The notes under the pieces: generated by a model | Told to the model about the DNA's origin: nothing | Databases searched by the model: none | Seen by the model: only the letters and a program-made list of their open reading frames with translations | Shown here: positions 10,288 to 19,129 of the stretch, piece by piece | Numbering within the stretch: the first letter of the stretch is position 1 | Layout of the letters: each line of letters starts with the position of its first letter | Source of the DNA: Terriglobia bacterium | GTDB lineage: Bacteria; Acidobacteriota; Polarisedimenticolia; Polarisedimenticolales; JAIQFR01 | Assembly (NCBI GenBank): GCA_963748015.1 | Contig: CAVVHE010000004.1 | Span: forward strand, 463,427 to 527,426 | Length of the DNA: 64,000 bases | Reading direction: 5' to 3' | Program-made: the position numbers and the translations under genes

Positions 10288-10301
10288 GGCATGGTTCCTG
10301 C
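10288..10301 (+). promoter_or_regulatory. Candidate sigma-54 (-24/-12) promoter
   Basis: GGCATGGTTCCTGC has GG and GC separated by 10 nt. It resembles TGGCAC-N5-TTGC and lies about 70 nt upstream of the pseudopilin start at 10371. Confidence 0.35.
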
Positions 10302-10370
10302 TGCTCCAGGGAGCGGCGCGCGGGCCGGGGCGGCGGTGGGCCGGCCGGCTCTTGCGGTGGGGTTGCTGCG

Positions 10371-10829
10371 ATGGGCCGACCCGCGGACTCGGGTTTCAGC
10401 TTGCTCGAGGCGGTGATCGCGCTCGGGCTCCTCTCGGGCGTGCTGATCGCGATCTCCGGGCTCTTCGTCCTCGCGGCGCAGCAGGTGGCGAGCGGCCGGA
10501 GCAGCAGCCAGGCGCTCGCCGCCGCGAGATCGATCCTGGAGGAGACGGACTGCTGGACGCTCCAGCAGGTCTACCTGCTCTTCGGCTTCGACGGCAGCGC
10601 CCCGAGCTACGCGGCCGACACTCGAACCAACGCCTTCTCGGCGAGGTGGCAGCCGATGCTCGAGCCGGGGCTCTCGAACGGCGTCGCCACCTTGCGGATC
10701 GAGTCGCTGGGGCCGGGGGCCTCTCCGCCCGCGCTGAACGCCTCGCGGGCGATCCGCGTTCGCGTCACCGTGCGCTGGGACGAGGGCGCGCGGCGCCGCT
10801 CGGTGAGTCTCGTGGCGGTGAGGATGTGA
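10371..10829 (+). CDS. Minor (pseudo)pilin with prepilin-type N-terminal cleavage/methylation signal
   Basis: MGRPADSG|FSLLEAVIALGLL has Glu at +5 followed by a hydrophobic helix. 152 aa. Confidence 0.85.
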   Translation: MGRPADSGFSLLEAVIALGLLSGVLIAISGLFVLAAQQVASGRSSSQALAAARSILEETDCWTLQQVYLLFGFDGSAPSYAADTRTNAFSARWQPMLEPGLSNGVATLRIESLGPGASPPALNASRAIRVRVTVRWDEGARRRSVSLVAVRM

Positions 10830-11725
10830 GCGGCCCGCCGCGCCGGGGCGCCGCCGCGATGCGGGAAGCGCCGGAGCGGGCGGGCCAGGCCGGCCTCTCG
10901 CTGGCCGAGCTCCTGGTCGCGATCGCCGTCCTGGCGGTCGCTGGCGTCATCGCCCTCTCGCTTCACGACGCGGCGCGGCGGAGCGTCAAGAAGGGAGAGA
11001 ACGCCGCCGAGCAGCAGCAGACCGTGAGGATCGCCTTCGACCGTCTGACCGCCGACCTCCGCGCGGCGGGCCTCAACGCCAATCCCGACGGCGACGCCGC
11101 GCGCCCGGACGAGCCGATCGAGGGGGCGTTCGACACGGCGATCGTGATCCGCGCGGATTTCGATGCGGGCGATCCATCGGCGTCGGCCACCCCGGAGGCG
11201 GCGCTTGCGACCGGCGGCGCCTTCGCGACCGTCTCCACGGGAAACGACGAGATCGTGACGTACGTCCTCGCGAGGCCGGACGGGACGAGCGCCGAGACGC
11301 TGACTTTCTTCGCCGATGTCGGCAGCCCGAGAACGGGCGCCGTCCGGCGCGTCGACATCCCGCGCGTGTCGCTCGCGCAGGGCGACCCGCCTTATACGCT
11401 GTACCGCATCACCCTCGGCAACACCGACGGCAGCCCGGTGAGGATGCCGCTCGCCGAGAACGTCAGGAGCCTGCGCTTCTCGTACCACGGTTGGGACGGA
11501 ATGCCCATGGCCGGCCCCGGCGGTGACGAGACCGCGGGAGCCAAGGCAGCTCGAGGCGTCGTCCGGCGTATCACGGTGGAGCTCTCCGGCCTGACGCGGG
11601 ACCCCGATCCCGGATGGGAGGACGCGGCAGACCCGGATCCCCGCACCCGCGCCTACCGCAAGTTCCGTCTCGCCGGTGACGTGGCGCCGAGGAACCTGGG
11701 ATTGAAGGGACTGCCCGATCCCTGA
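10826..11725 (+). CDS. PilW/GspJ-like minor (pseudo)pilin
   Basis: GTG 10826 overlaps the upstream stop; an alternative start is ATG 10859. The class III signal GQAG|LSLAELLVAIAVLAV has Glu at +5. Confidence 0.8.
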   Translation: MSGPPRRGAAAMREAPERAGQAGLSLAELLVAIAVLAVAGVIALSLHDAARRSVKKGENAAEQQQTVRIAFDRLTADLRAAGLNANPDGDAARPDEPIEGAFDTAIVIRADFDAGDPSASATPEAALATGGAFATVSTGNDEIVTYVLARPDGTSAETLTFFADVGSPRTGAVRRVDIPRVSLAQGDPPYTLYRITLGNTDGSPVRMPLAENVRSLRFSYHGWDGMPMAGPGGDETAGAKAARGVVRRITVELSGLTRDPDPGWEDAADPDPRTRAYRKFRLAGDVAPRNLGLKGLPDP

Positions 11726-11752
11726 TGTCCCCGGATCGAGGAGGAAGCGTCG

Positions 11753-13618
11753 ATGCGCGAAACGGCGCCGCGATCGGAACCCGTCGAGAGAGGCTCGGCC
11801 CTCGTGTTCGCCCTCCTCGTGACCGCGATCCTCGCGCTGCTCGGTCTTTCCTTGATGCTCGTCGCGGAGACCGAGACCCGCATCGTCGACAACGAGAGGT
11901 GCGCCGCCCAGGCCCTCTACGTCGCGGAAGCCGGGGCCCGCATGGTGAAACGGTGGTTCGACGGCCCCGGTGCCGCGGCCAACGTGCTGAACCTCAGGGA
12001 GAGCGTGGTCGATCGCTCGCTGCGGCTGATCGAGGACGACGGGGACCCCGCGACGGCGCCGCACCCCCAGGACGGTACGTCCTGGCCGCGGTACAAGCAG
12101 GGAATCGACCTCGACGCCGACGGCGCGGACGACCTCCTCGACGAGCCCTATCGCGGTGGAGCCGGCCGCGACGAGGCCCTCCGCCATGCGCTGCTCGGCA
12201 CCGAATCGGGGCCGGACATGCGGATCGCCGAGGGACACTCGGCCGAATCGACCGCGTTTCTCGGTGACCTGTCGAGGACGCTGATGGCGGATTTCCCCTC
12301 GTCCTCGTCCGGAGTCGTCGCTCGTATCGTGGCGATCGACGTCTACGGGCCGCCTTCTCTCCCCGCCGGCGGGCGGTGGACCCGATTCGGCGTGGCGACG
12401 GCGAAGGTGACCGCGCGGATCTGCAAGACTTCCGCCGGGGTCGAGGAGATCCTCGCGGAGCACGTCGTGAAGGTCGTGCTCAGCGCGGTGCCGTACCCCC
12501 GTATCATGGCGCCGTTCCACTCCTGTGGCCCCGTTCCGGCCGGCGGCGATCTGGGCGTGCACTGGGGGGACGCCGTCGCGACGGGGCCCTTCGATCTCGA
12601 CGCGAGCGGCGTGGACGGCCTGCCCCGCAGCGTCCCCCGCGAGGTCCCCCCGGCCGCGCACGTCGATCTCCTTCACGGCTCGAGCAGCCCGGCGGACGAC
12701 GATATCTGGACGCGGCTCCGGGACGCGCTCGAGGCCGGAGCGGACATCGACGATCCTTGGTTCCGCTTCCTCGGCGGTGGACCGGCCATCGGCCCGGCCG
12801 CGGAGCCGTCGCCCCAGCTGCGGCCTCCCTCGACTACGGGACAGGACCATTCGAACGTCTTCCAGAACCTCGGCGGCATCGGCTGCCCCGATCTCGACTA
12901 CGACACGTGGAAAGCGGTCGCGGTCGCCGGAGGCGAGAACGTCCACTACTTTGCCTGGAGAGGGGGAACCACCTTCAGCGAGAGCGGCGTGGGGCCGCCC
13001 GAGGAGTTCGAGACGCTGACGAACGGGAGGACGGGGCTCTTCTTCTTCGACACCCGAGACGGGAGCCGCCCTAGCGCGACGCTCGATCCGAGCGGCCTTC
13101 CGGTCAACGTCACCCCGGCGCTTCGGCTGGGCGCGGGCGGCGTGAGGGGATTCCTCTACCTGAACGCCGCGGGATTCGAGGCGGCCGGGGATGCCGGAAT
13201 CGCCGCGACCCTCACGATGCCCGGCGAGCCGTTTCGCGACGTCAACCGGAACGGCGTCCGCGACGCGGGGGAGCCCTGGATCAACCTGAACTACACCGAG
13301 CTCGGGGACCCGGACGCTCCGATCCGGGGGCGCGCGGCGGACGACTTCGGGAACCCGGGACGCGGCGCGGTCTACAACGCGGCAGGGCCGGGTTTCGCGG
13401 TCCGGACCGCCGTGGACGGAGTCGTCTACGTCCGGGGGACCTTCGCATCACGGGGCCCGGCGCGAGTTTACGGAAGCGTGATCGCCCGATCGGGGGTGCC
13501 GCGCTCCGGTCGGGCTGCCGGAATCTACTGGAACGACGCTCTCGGGACGGCCTTTCCTCCCGCCTCCTGGGGCCTGCCGCGCGTCATGGTCACCCGCTGG
13601 GAAACCGGTTCGAGGTGA
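11753..13618 (+). CDS. PilX-N / GspK-like large pseudopilin-like protein
   Basis: N-terminus VERG|SALVFALLVTAILALLGLSLMLVAETE has no Glu at +5, as in GspK/PilX. 621 aa. Confidence 0.75.
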   Translation: MRETAPRSEPVERGSALVFALLVTAILALLGLSLMLVAETETRIVDNERCAAQALYVAEAGARMVKRWFDGPGAAANVLNLRESVVDRSLRLIEDDGDPATAPHPQDGTSWPRYKQGIDLDADGADDLLDEPYRGGAGRDEALRHALLGTESGPDMRIAEGHSAESTAFLGDLSRTLMADFPSSSSGVVARIVAIDVYGPPSLPAGGRWTRFGVATAKVTARICKTSAGVEEILAEHVVKVVLSAVPYPRIMAPFHSCGPVPAGGDLGVHWGDAVATGPFDLDASGVDGLPRSVPREVPPAAHVDLLHGSSSPADDDIWTRLRDALEAGADIDDPWFRFLGGGPAIGPAAEPSPQLRPPSTTGQDHSNVFQNLGGIGCPDLDYDTWKAVAVAGGENVHYFAWRGGTTFSESGVGPPEEFETLTNGRTGLFFFDTRDGSRPSATLDPSGLPVNVTPALRLGAGGVRGFLYLNAAGFEAAGDAGIAATLTMPGEPFRDVNRNGVRDAGEPWINLNYTELGDPDAPIRGRAADDFGNPGRGAVYNAAGPGFAVRTAVDGVVYVRGTFASRGPARVYGSVIARSGVPRSGRAAGIYWNDALGTAFPPASWGLPRVMVTRWETGSR

Positions 13619-13656
13619 CCTATATTTGAGCAGGCGGTCCGAGGGAGGGTTTCGCG

Positions 13657-14304
13657 ATGAAGGCGACCCGGCTGGCTTTGGTCCCCCTGCTGGTCTTCGG
13701 AGCCATGTTCGGCTGGGCGGCCTGCCTCGCCGAGGAAACGGGAAAGAACCCGCCCGAGCAGACCGACAAGAAGAAGGCCGACGACTCGAAGGTCCCCAAG
13801 CCCGCCGCGCCGGCCCCGGAGGCTTCCGCGAAGCCGGCACCCGTGCAGCCTGTCGTCTCGGACGAGCCGGGATACGTCTACACGAACGATGACCTCGACA
13901 GGCTCCCGCCCGCCTCCCCGGCGCCTAGACCCTCCCCGGCGACGGCCAAGGAATCGGCGCCCAAGGCAGGCGAGCAGCGCCCGGCGGGGACGTTCGATCC
14001 GTTGAAGCGGATGCAGGAGGAGCAGGCGAGCGCGGCGGAGCTCAAGACGCAGATCGCCGGCGCGGAGAAGAAGGTCACCGAGGGCGAGCAGAAGCTCCGG
14101 GATCTCGAGCGGCGAAGGCTGGCGGTGGCGAACCCGCTCCTCGCGCCGCCGCAGGTGGCTCCCGAGCAGGCGGCGCAGTGGAAGCAGTTGAGCGGCCCCG
14201 AGCGCCTGAGGGCGACAGACGACGAGATTGCCCAGGCGCGGAAGGAGCTCGAGGACGCGAAGGCCGAGCTTCAAAAGCTCCGCGCCTCTTCCGGGGTCCA
14301 TTGA
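13657..14304 (+). CDS. Secreted (possibly lipo-)protein with a Pro/Ala/Lys-rich linker and coiled-coil C-terminus
   Basis: Signal peptide MKATRLALVPLLVFGAMFGWAAC. RBS GAGGGAGG upstream. Heptad-like segment EEQASAAELKTQIAGAEKKVTEGEQKLRDLE. Confidence 0.6.
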   Translation: MKATRLALVPLLVFGAMFGWAACLAEETGKNPPEQTDKKKADDSKVPKPAAPAPEASAKPAPVQPVVSDEPGYVYTNDDLDRLPPASPAPRPSPATAKESAPKAGEQRPAGTFDPLKRMQEEQASAAELKTQIAGAEKKVTEGEQKLRDLERRRLAVANPLLAPPQVAPEQAAQWKQLSGPERLRATDDEIAQARKELEDAKAELQKLRASSGVH

Positions 14305-14340
14305 CAACGGTTCGAGACGCCTCCTAGACTTTCCGGCGGA

Positions 14341-15735
14341 ATGCCCCCCGTCCTGCTGGTCGAAGACCGCGATAGCCTCAGGCTGATGCTGCGCTCGGCG
14401 CTCGAGGCGGAGGGGTTCTCCGTCGAGGAAGCCGCCGACGGAAGCCGGGCGATCAAGGCCCTTGCCACGGGTCGTTACCTCGCGGTCGTCACCGACCTGA
14501 AGATGCCCGGCGCCGACGGCCACAAGGTTCTCGCCGCCGCGCGGGATGCCGACCTGCACCTCCCCGTGATCGTGATGAGCGCCCACGGGACGATCGAGGA
14601 CGCGGTCTGCGCGATGAAGGGGGGCGCCTTCGATTTCCTGCCGAAGCCAGTGGACCCCGATCACCTGGTGCTGCTCCTCAGGCGCGCCGCGGAGCGGCGG
14701 GCGCTCCTGGAGGAGAACCTGCTCCTCAGGGAGGAGTTCGCCGAGCGGCTCGGCTTTCCCAGGATCATCGGCGAGTCGCCGGCGCTCGTCGAGGCTTCCC
14801 GGCAGGTCCAGAAGGCGGCGCCCACCGACGCGACGATTCTCCTCGAGGGAGAATCGGGCACCGGCAAGGAGTTGTTCGCCCGCGCCATCCACCACCTGAG
14901 TTCTCGAAAGGACGCGCCGTTCGTCGCGCTCAACTGCGCGGCGATTCCCGAGACGCTCGTCGAGAACGAGCTGTTCGGCCACGAGAGGGGGGCTTTCACC
15001 GGGGCGGCGGGCACGCGCGCCGGACGCATCGAGCTCGCGGACCGGGGAACGCTGTTTCTCGACGACGTCGGCGAGCTGGGTCTCGGGGTGCAGGCGAAGC
15101 TGCTGCGGGTGCTGCAGGATCGGACGCTCGAGCGGCTCGGAGGGAACCGCACGCTGTCGGTCAACGTCCGCGTGGTGGCCGCCACCCACCGGGACCTCAA
15201 GCGCGCGACCGCGCAAGGCGCCTTCCGCGAGGACCTCTACTTCCGCTTGGCCGTCGTGGCGATCCGTGTTCCGGCGCTCCGGGAGCGGCGCGGGGACATC
15301 CCGTCGCTGGCGTCCTACTTCCTCGAGCGCTACCGCCGCGAGCTCGGTCGCGACCGGCTCGCGCTCTCCGAGGAGGCGGTCGAGTCGCTGAGGATGCACG
15401 ACTGGCCGGGCAACGTGCGGGAGCTGGCGAACTGCCTCGAGAGGGCGGCCATCCTGGCCGAGGGCGACGCCATCGAGCCGCGCCATCTCGGACTCGGCGC
15501 GCGCGCTCCGGCCGGCGACGAGGCCCAGGATCTGTGGCGGGCCATCCATGCCGAGGGTTCCCTCGAAGAGGTCGGCGAGCGGGCCCGCGACCTCGCCGAG
15601 AGGGCGGCCATCCGCCGCGCTCTCGACCGGGCCGACGGCGTCCGGAGCCGCGCCGCCGAGCTCTTGCGGATCAGCCCCAAGCGCCTCGCGGCGCGCATCC
15701 GGGACCTAGGGCTCGGTGACGGCGCTCCGTCTTGA
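14341..15735 (+). CDS. Sigma-54-dependent response regulator (NtrC/PilR family enhancer-binding protein)
   Basis: Receiver domain (VLLVEDRD...VTDLKMPG). AAA+ Walker A GESGTGKE. GAFTGA loop. C-terminal HTH AAELLRISPKRLAARI. Confidence 0.92.
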   Translation: MPPVLLVEDRDSLRLMLRSALEAEGFSVEEAADGSRAIKALATGRYLAVVTDLKMPGADGHKVLAAARDADLHLPVIVMSAHGTIEDAVCAMKGGAFDFLPKPVDPDHLVLLLRRAAERRALLEENLLLREEFAERLGFPRIIGESPALVEASRQVQKAAPTDATILLEGESGTGKELFARAIHHLSSRKDAPFVALNCAAIPETLVENELFGHERGAFTGAAGTRAGRIELADRGTLFLDDVGELGLGVQAKLLRVLQDRTLERLGGNRTLSVNVRVVAATHRDLKRATAQGAFREDLYFRLAVVAIRVPALRERRGDIPSLASYFLERYRRELGRDRLALSEEAVESLRMHDWPGNVRELANCLERAAILAEGDAIEPRHLGLGARAPAGDEAQDLWRAIHAEGSLEEVGERARDLAERAAIRRALDRADGVRSRAAELLRISPKRLAARIRDLGLGDGAPS

Positions 15736-15759
15736 CCCGACCGTTCCCTCTGCTATAGT
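15732..15759 (+). promoter_or_regulatory. Sigma-70-type promoter
   Basis: TTGACC (15732-15737), a 16-nt spacer, then TGC-TATAGT (extended -10, 15751-15759). The -35 overlaps the stop codon of the regulator gene. Confidence 0.55.
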
Positions 15760-15997
15760 GCCGCTCCGGTCCGCCGGGCCAACGCTACGGCCCGCGGGTG
15801 ACGGGGAATCCCCGCGGAGATGCCTGCACAGAAGGTTGGCCAGCCGTCGCGACGACGATAGGGGTCCGTCTGACGCGGTTCCTCCGGGATCAGCCGGCGG
15901 AACGAAAAGGGGGCGGGTGGCCCCCCGGATCGAGCGGCTCGGCGGCTTTCGATTCCCCGGACGGCGCGAGAGCGCCCGCGATGCAGGGAGGCTGCGC

Positions 15998-17317
15998 ATG
16001 ATGCCCCGAAAGATACTCATCCTAGGAGCCGCCGGACGGGACTTCCACAACTTCAACGTGGTCTATCGGGACAATCCGGAATACGAGGTCGTGGCCTTCA
16101 CGGCGACGCAGATTCCCGACATCGCGGGGCGCCGTTACCCGGCCGAGCTCGCCGGGCGACTCTACCCCTACGGGATCCCGATCCGGGCCGAGATCGAGAT
16201 GGAGGCGATCATCCGGGACCTCGCCGTGGACGAGGTGCTCTTCGCGTACTCGGACGTGTCTCACGAGGCCGTCATGCACCTCGCCTCGCGCGCCGTCGCC
16301 GCCGGGGCGGACTTCCACGTGATGGGGGCCGGCGCGACGATGATCGCGTCTAGCGTGCCGGTGGTCTCGGTGTGCGCGGTCCGGACCGGGAGCGGCAAGA
16401 GCCAGACCACGCGAAAGGTCGCCGAGCTGCTCCTGGCCGCGGGCAAGCGAGTCGTGGCGGTCCGCCACCCGATGCCTTACGGCGACCTCGTCCGCCAGAA
16501 GGTGCAGCGCTTCGCGGCCTACGAGGACCTCGATCGCCACGAGTGCACCATCGAGGAGCGCGAGGAATACGAGCCGCACCTCGACCGTGGGACCGTCGTG
16601 TACGCGGGGGTGGATTACGGCGCCATCCTCGCCGAGGCCGAGAAGGAGGCCGACGTGATCCTGTGGGACGGCGGGAACAACGATCTTCCGTTCTACCTGC
16701 CCGATCTCGAGATCTGCGTGGCCGACCCCCATCGCCCCGGGCACGAGCTACGGTACTTCCCGGGCGAGGCGAACCTGAGGCGCGCGGACGTCGTCGTGAT
16801 CAACAAGGTCGGGACAGCGACCGCCGAAGGGCTCGAGACGGTCCGCCGCAGCATCGCCGAGGTCAACCCGGGCGCCACGGTCATCGAGGCGGACTCGCCG
16901 GTGACGGTGAGCGACCCCGCGGCCGTGAAGGGGAAGCGGGTGCTCGTCATCGAGGACGGTCCCACGCTCACGCACGGCGAGATGACCTACGGAGCGGGCG
17001 TGGTGGCGGCGAAGCAGAACGGCGCGGCGGAGCTGGTGGATCCGCGCCCCTACGCGGTGGGCCGCCTCGCCGAGACGTTCCGGAAGTACCCGAACACCGG
17101 CCCCGTACTGCCGGCCATGGGTTACGGCGAGGAGCAGACGCGGGATCTGGAGGCGACCGTCAAGGCCACGCCGTGCGACCTGGTCGTCATCGGAACGCCG
17201 ATCGACCTCCGACGGATCATCTCGTTCGACAAACCGACCGTCCGGGTGACCTATGATCTCGCCGAGAGGGGCAAGCCCGATCTCGCCCAAGTTCTCGCCC
17301 CGATCCTGGCGCGGTGA
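15998..17317 (+). CDS. Cyclic 2,3-diphosphoglycerate synthetase-like P-loop protein (function in bacteria unknown)
   Basis: Internal ATG 15998 of ORF 15716-17317 is preceded by GGGAGG. KILILGAAGRDFHNFN N-terminus. VRTGSGKSQT P-loop. The family assignment is from memory. Confidence 0.7.
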   Translation: MMPRKILILGAAGRDFHNFNVVYRDNPEYEVVAFTATQIPDIAGRRYPAELAGRLYPYGIPIRAEIEMEAIIRDLAVDEVLFAYSDVSHEAVMHLASRAVAAGADFHVMGAGATMIASSVPVVSVCAVRTGSGKSQTTRKVAELLLAAGKRVVAVRHPMPYGDLVRQKVQRFAAYEDLDRHECTIEEREEYEPHLDRGTVVYAGVDYGAILAEAEKEADVILWDGGNNDLPFYLPDLEICVADPHRPGHELRYFPGEANLRRADVVVINKVGTATAEGLETVRRSIAEVNPGATVIEADSPVTVSDPAAVKGKRVLVIEDGPTLTHGEMTYGAGVVAAKQNGAAELVDPRPYAVGRLAETFRKYPNTGPVLPAMGYGEEQTRDLEATVKATPCDLVVIGTPIDLRRIISFDKPTVRVTYDLAERGKPDLAQVLAPILAR

Positions 17318-17335
17318 CGCGCGATTGAGGAGGGA

Positions 17336-18274
17336 TTGGAAGTGAACGTCGAAAGCCTGGCTGGACGCGACCTGGTCTCCTTGATGCAGTGGACCTCCGA
17401 GGAAGTGGCGGCGGTCCTGACGCTCGCCGCCGAGCTGAAGGCGAATCCGGCGCACTACGCCAAGGCGCTCGCGGGGAAGACGCTGTTCATGTACTTCGAG
17501 AAGCCGTCCCTCAGGACGCGGGTCACCTTCGAGGCCGGGATGACCCAGCTCGGAGGCCACGCGATCTACTACTCCGCCTCCGACGGGAAGATCGGCGTGA
17601 GGGAGAGCGTCGAGGACGTCGCCCGGAACCTCGACCGATGGGTGGACGGCGCGATGTGCCGCACCTTCAGCCACGCCCTCGTCGACGATCTCGCGCGGTT
17701 CACCGGGATCCCCGTGATCAACGGCCTGACCGACCACCTGCATCCCTGCCAGGCCCTCGCCGACTTCATGACCCTGCAGGAGGTGGACGAGGAGATCCGC
17801 GGGAAGCGCCTGGTCTACATCGGGGACGGCAACAACGTCTCCCACTCCCTCATGGAGACCGGCGCCCGTCTCGGTGTCCACGTCACGGTGGTGACGCCCG
17901 AGGGCTACGGCCCGTCGCCCGACGTGGTGCGGTCGTGCGTCGAGGCAGGGGTCGCGACGGGTGCCTCGATCGGCGTCGGGACCGACCTGGCCCTCGTCGA
18001 GGGCGCGGACGCGATCTACACCGACGTCTGGGCGTCCATGGGGCAGGAGACCGAGGCGGAGGCCCGCCGACGGGCCTTCATGCCGTACCAGGTCAACGCC
18101 GCGCTGATGGCGCGCGCGGGCGGCGATGCCGTGTTCATGCACTGCCTGCCGGCGCACCGCGGCGACGAGGTCACCGACGAGGTCGCGGACTCGCCGCAGT
18201 CGGTGATCTTCGAGCAGGCGGAGAACCGGTTGCACGCCCAGAAAGCGGTGATGCTCGCCCTGATGGGCGCCTGA
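17336..18274 (+). CDS. argF: Ornithine carbamoyltransferase
   Basis: Motifs SLRTR, HPCQALAD and HCLPAHRGDEV. The start is TTG 17336 or GTG 17342, after GAGGAGG. Confidence 0.93.
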   Translation: MEVNVESLAGRDLVSLMQWTSEEVAAVLTLAAELKANPAHYAKALAGKTLFMYFEKPSLRTRVTFEAGMTQLGGHAIYYSASDGKIGVRESVEDVARNLDRWVDGAMCRTFSHALVDDLARFTGIPVINGLTDHLHPCQALADFMTLQEVDEEIRGKRLVYIGDGNNVSHSLMETGARLGVHVTVVTPEGYGPSPDVVRSCVEAGVATGASIGVGTDLALVEGADAIYTDVWASMGQETEAEARRRAFMPYQVNAALMARAGGDAVFMHCLPAHRGDEVTDEVADSPQSVIFEQAENRLHAQKAVMLALMGA

Positions 18275-18286
18275 GCCCACGCGGCG

Positions 18287-18360
18287 GCTCGTCCCGAGAC
18301 GGGAGTGCCCCAGCCAGCCCGAAAAAGGGCTGGCTGGGGCACTCCCGTCTCGGGACGAGC
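18287..18360. repeat. Perfect 34-bp inverted repeat with a 6-nt loop (possible bidirectional terminator)
   Basis: GCTCGTCCCGAGACGGGAGTGCCCCAGCCAGCCC, loop GAAAAA, then the exact reverse complement. It lies between the convergent argF and ubiE. There is no flanking U-tract. Confidence 0.8.
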
Positions 18361-18394
18361 GGGCCCTCGCTGCGAGTGACAGGGGAGTGGGCGA

Positions 18395-19111
18395 CTAGCC
18401 GCCCTTGATCGCGGTGTGGATGCAGACGATGCCGCCGGTGAGGGGGAGCCAGCCGACGGCGGCGAAGCCGGACTCGCGGAGGATGCCGGCGAGAATGGGG
18501 GGCTCGGGGAACTCGCCGATCGTCGCGGCGAGATAACGGTAGGGACCCGAGCGGCCGGACACGCCGTCGCCGACGCGAGGGAGCACGCGCCGGAGGTAGA
18601 GCGAGTAGACGGCCGAGAGGAATCGCGAGGTCGGCCTGCTGAACTCCAGGACGACCAGCCGGCCGCCGGGCCGGAGGACGCGCAGGATCTCCCGCAGCCC
18701 CGCGTCCAGGTCGCAGAAGTTGCGGACGCCGAAGGCGACCGTGACCGCGGCCACGGTACCGTCGGAGAAGGGAAGCCGGAGGGCGTCGGTTTCGAGGATC
18801 GCGCAGCGGGAAGAGAGGCCGCGACGGGCGAACTTGGCCTGGGCGCGGAGCAGCATCGGGTGGGCGAAGTCGGCGCAGACCACAAGGCTGAGGGGGAGGG
18901 CCCGGGCGAGCTCGACCGCGAGGTCGCCCGTGCCTCCGCAGAGGTCGGCGACGGTTTCGGCGGCATCCACCGCCGCTTCGGCTGCCGCGCGGCGCCGCCA
19001 GCCGAGGTCCTGTCCCAGGCTGAGGACCCGGTTCAGCACGTCGTATCGGCGCGCGATCGCCCCGAACATCGCCCGCACTCGGGCGGGATCCTTGCTCTCC
19101 CCGGCCGGCAA
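18395..19111 (-). CDS. ubiE: Demethylmenaquinone/ubiquinone C-methyltransferase
   Basis: MFGAIARRYDVLN, SAM motif DLCGGTGD, LRPGGRLVVLEF. The start is uncertain: TTG 19111 has GGAGG 6 nt upstream, and the alternative is ATG 19069. Confidence 0.85.
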   Translation of the reverse strand: MPAGESKDPARVRAMFGAIARRYDVLNRVLSLGQDLGWRRRAAAEAAVDAAETVADLCGGTGDLAVELARALPLSLVVCADFAHPMLLRAQAKFARRGLSSRCAILETDALRLPFSDGTVAAVTVAFGVRNFCDLDAGLREILRVLRPGGRLVVLEFSRPTSRFLSAVYSLYLRRVLPRVGDGVSGRSGPYRYLAATIGEFPEPPILAGILRESGFAAVGWLPLTGGIVCIHTAIKGG

Positions 19112-19129
19112 AAGGCACCTCCCCGCCCG

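Noticed and set aside
15751-15830. Partial resemblance of the argF-region leader to the guanidine-I (ykkC) riboswitch. CTATAGTGCCG resembles CUAGGGUUCCG. There is a GGUCCG. GACGGGGAAUCCCCGCGGAGA resembles ACGG.GGGA.AAA.CCCGGGAGA.
   Set aside because: The spacing does not fit: the P1b hairpin between the first two boxes is missing. The first box coincides with the best -10 promoter hexamer. Short G/C-rich matches are expected by chance. I kept only the generic observation of a structured leader; an Infernal search would settle it.
18287-18360. The long hairpin as a tRNA-like or small RNA gene.
   Set aside because: A perfect 34-bp stem with a 6-nt loop has no cloverleaf or other recognisable RNA-family architecture. 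I report it only as an inverted repeat and possible terminator.
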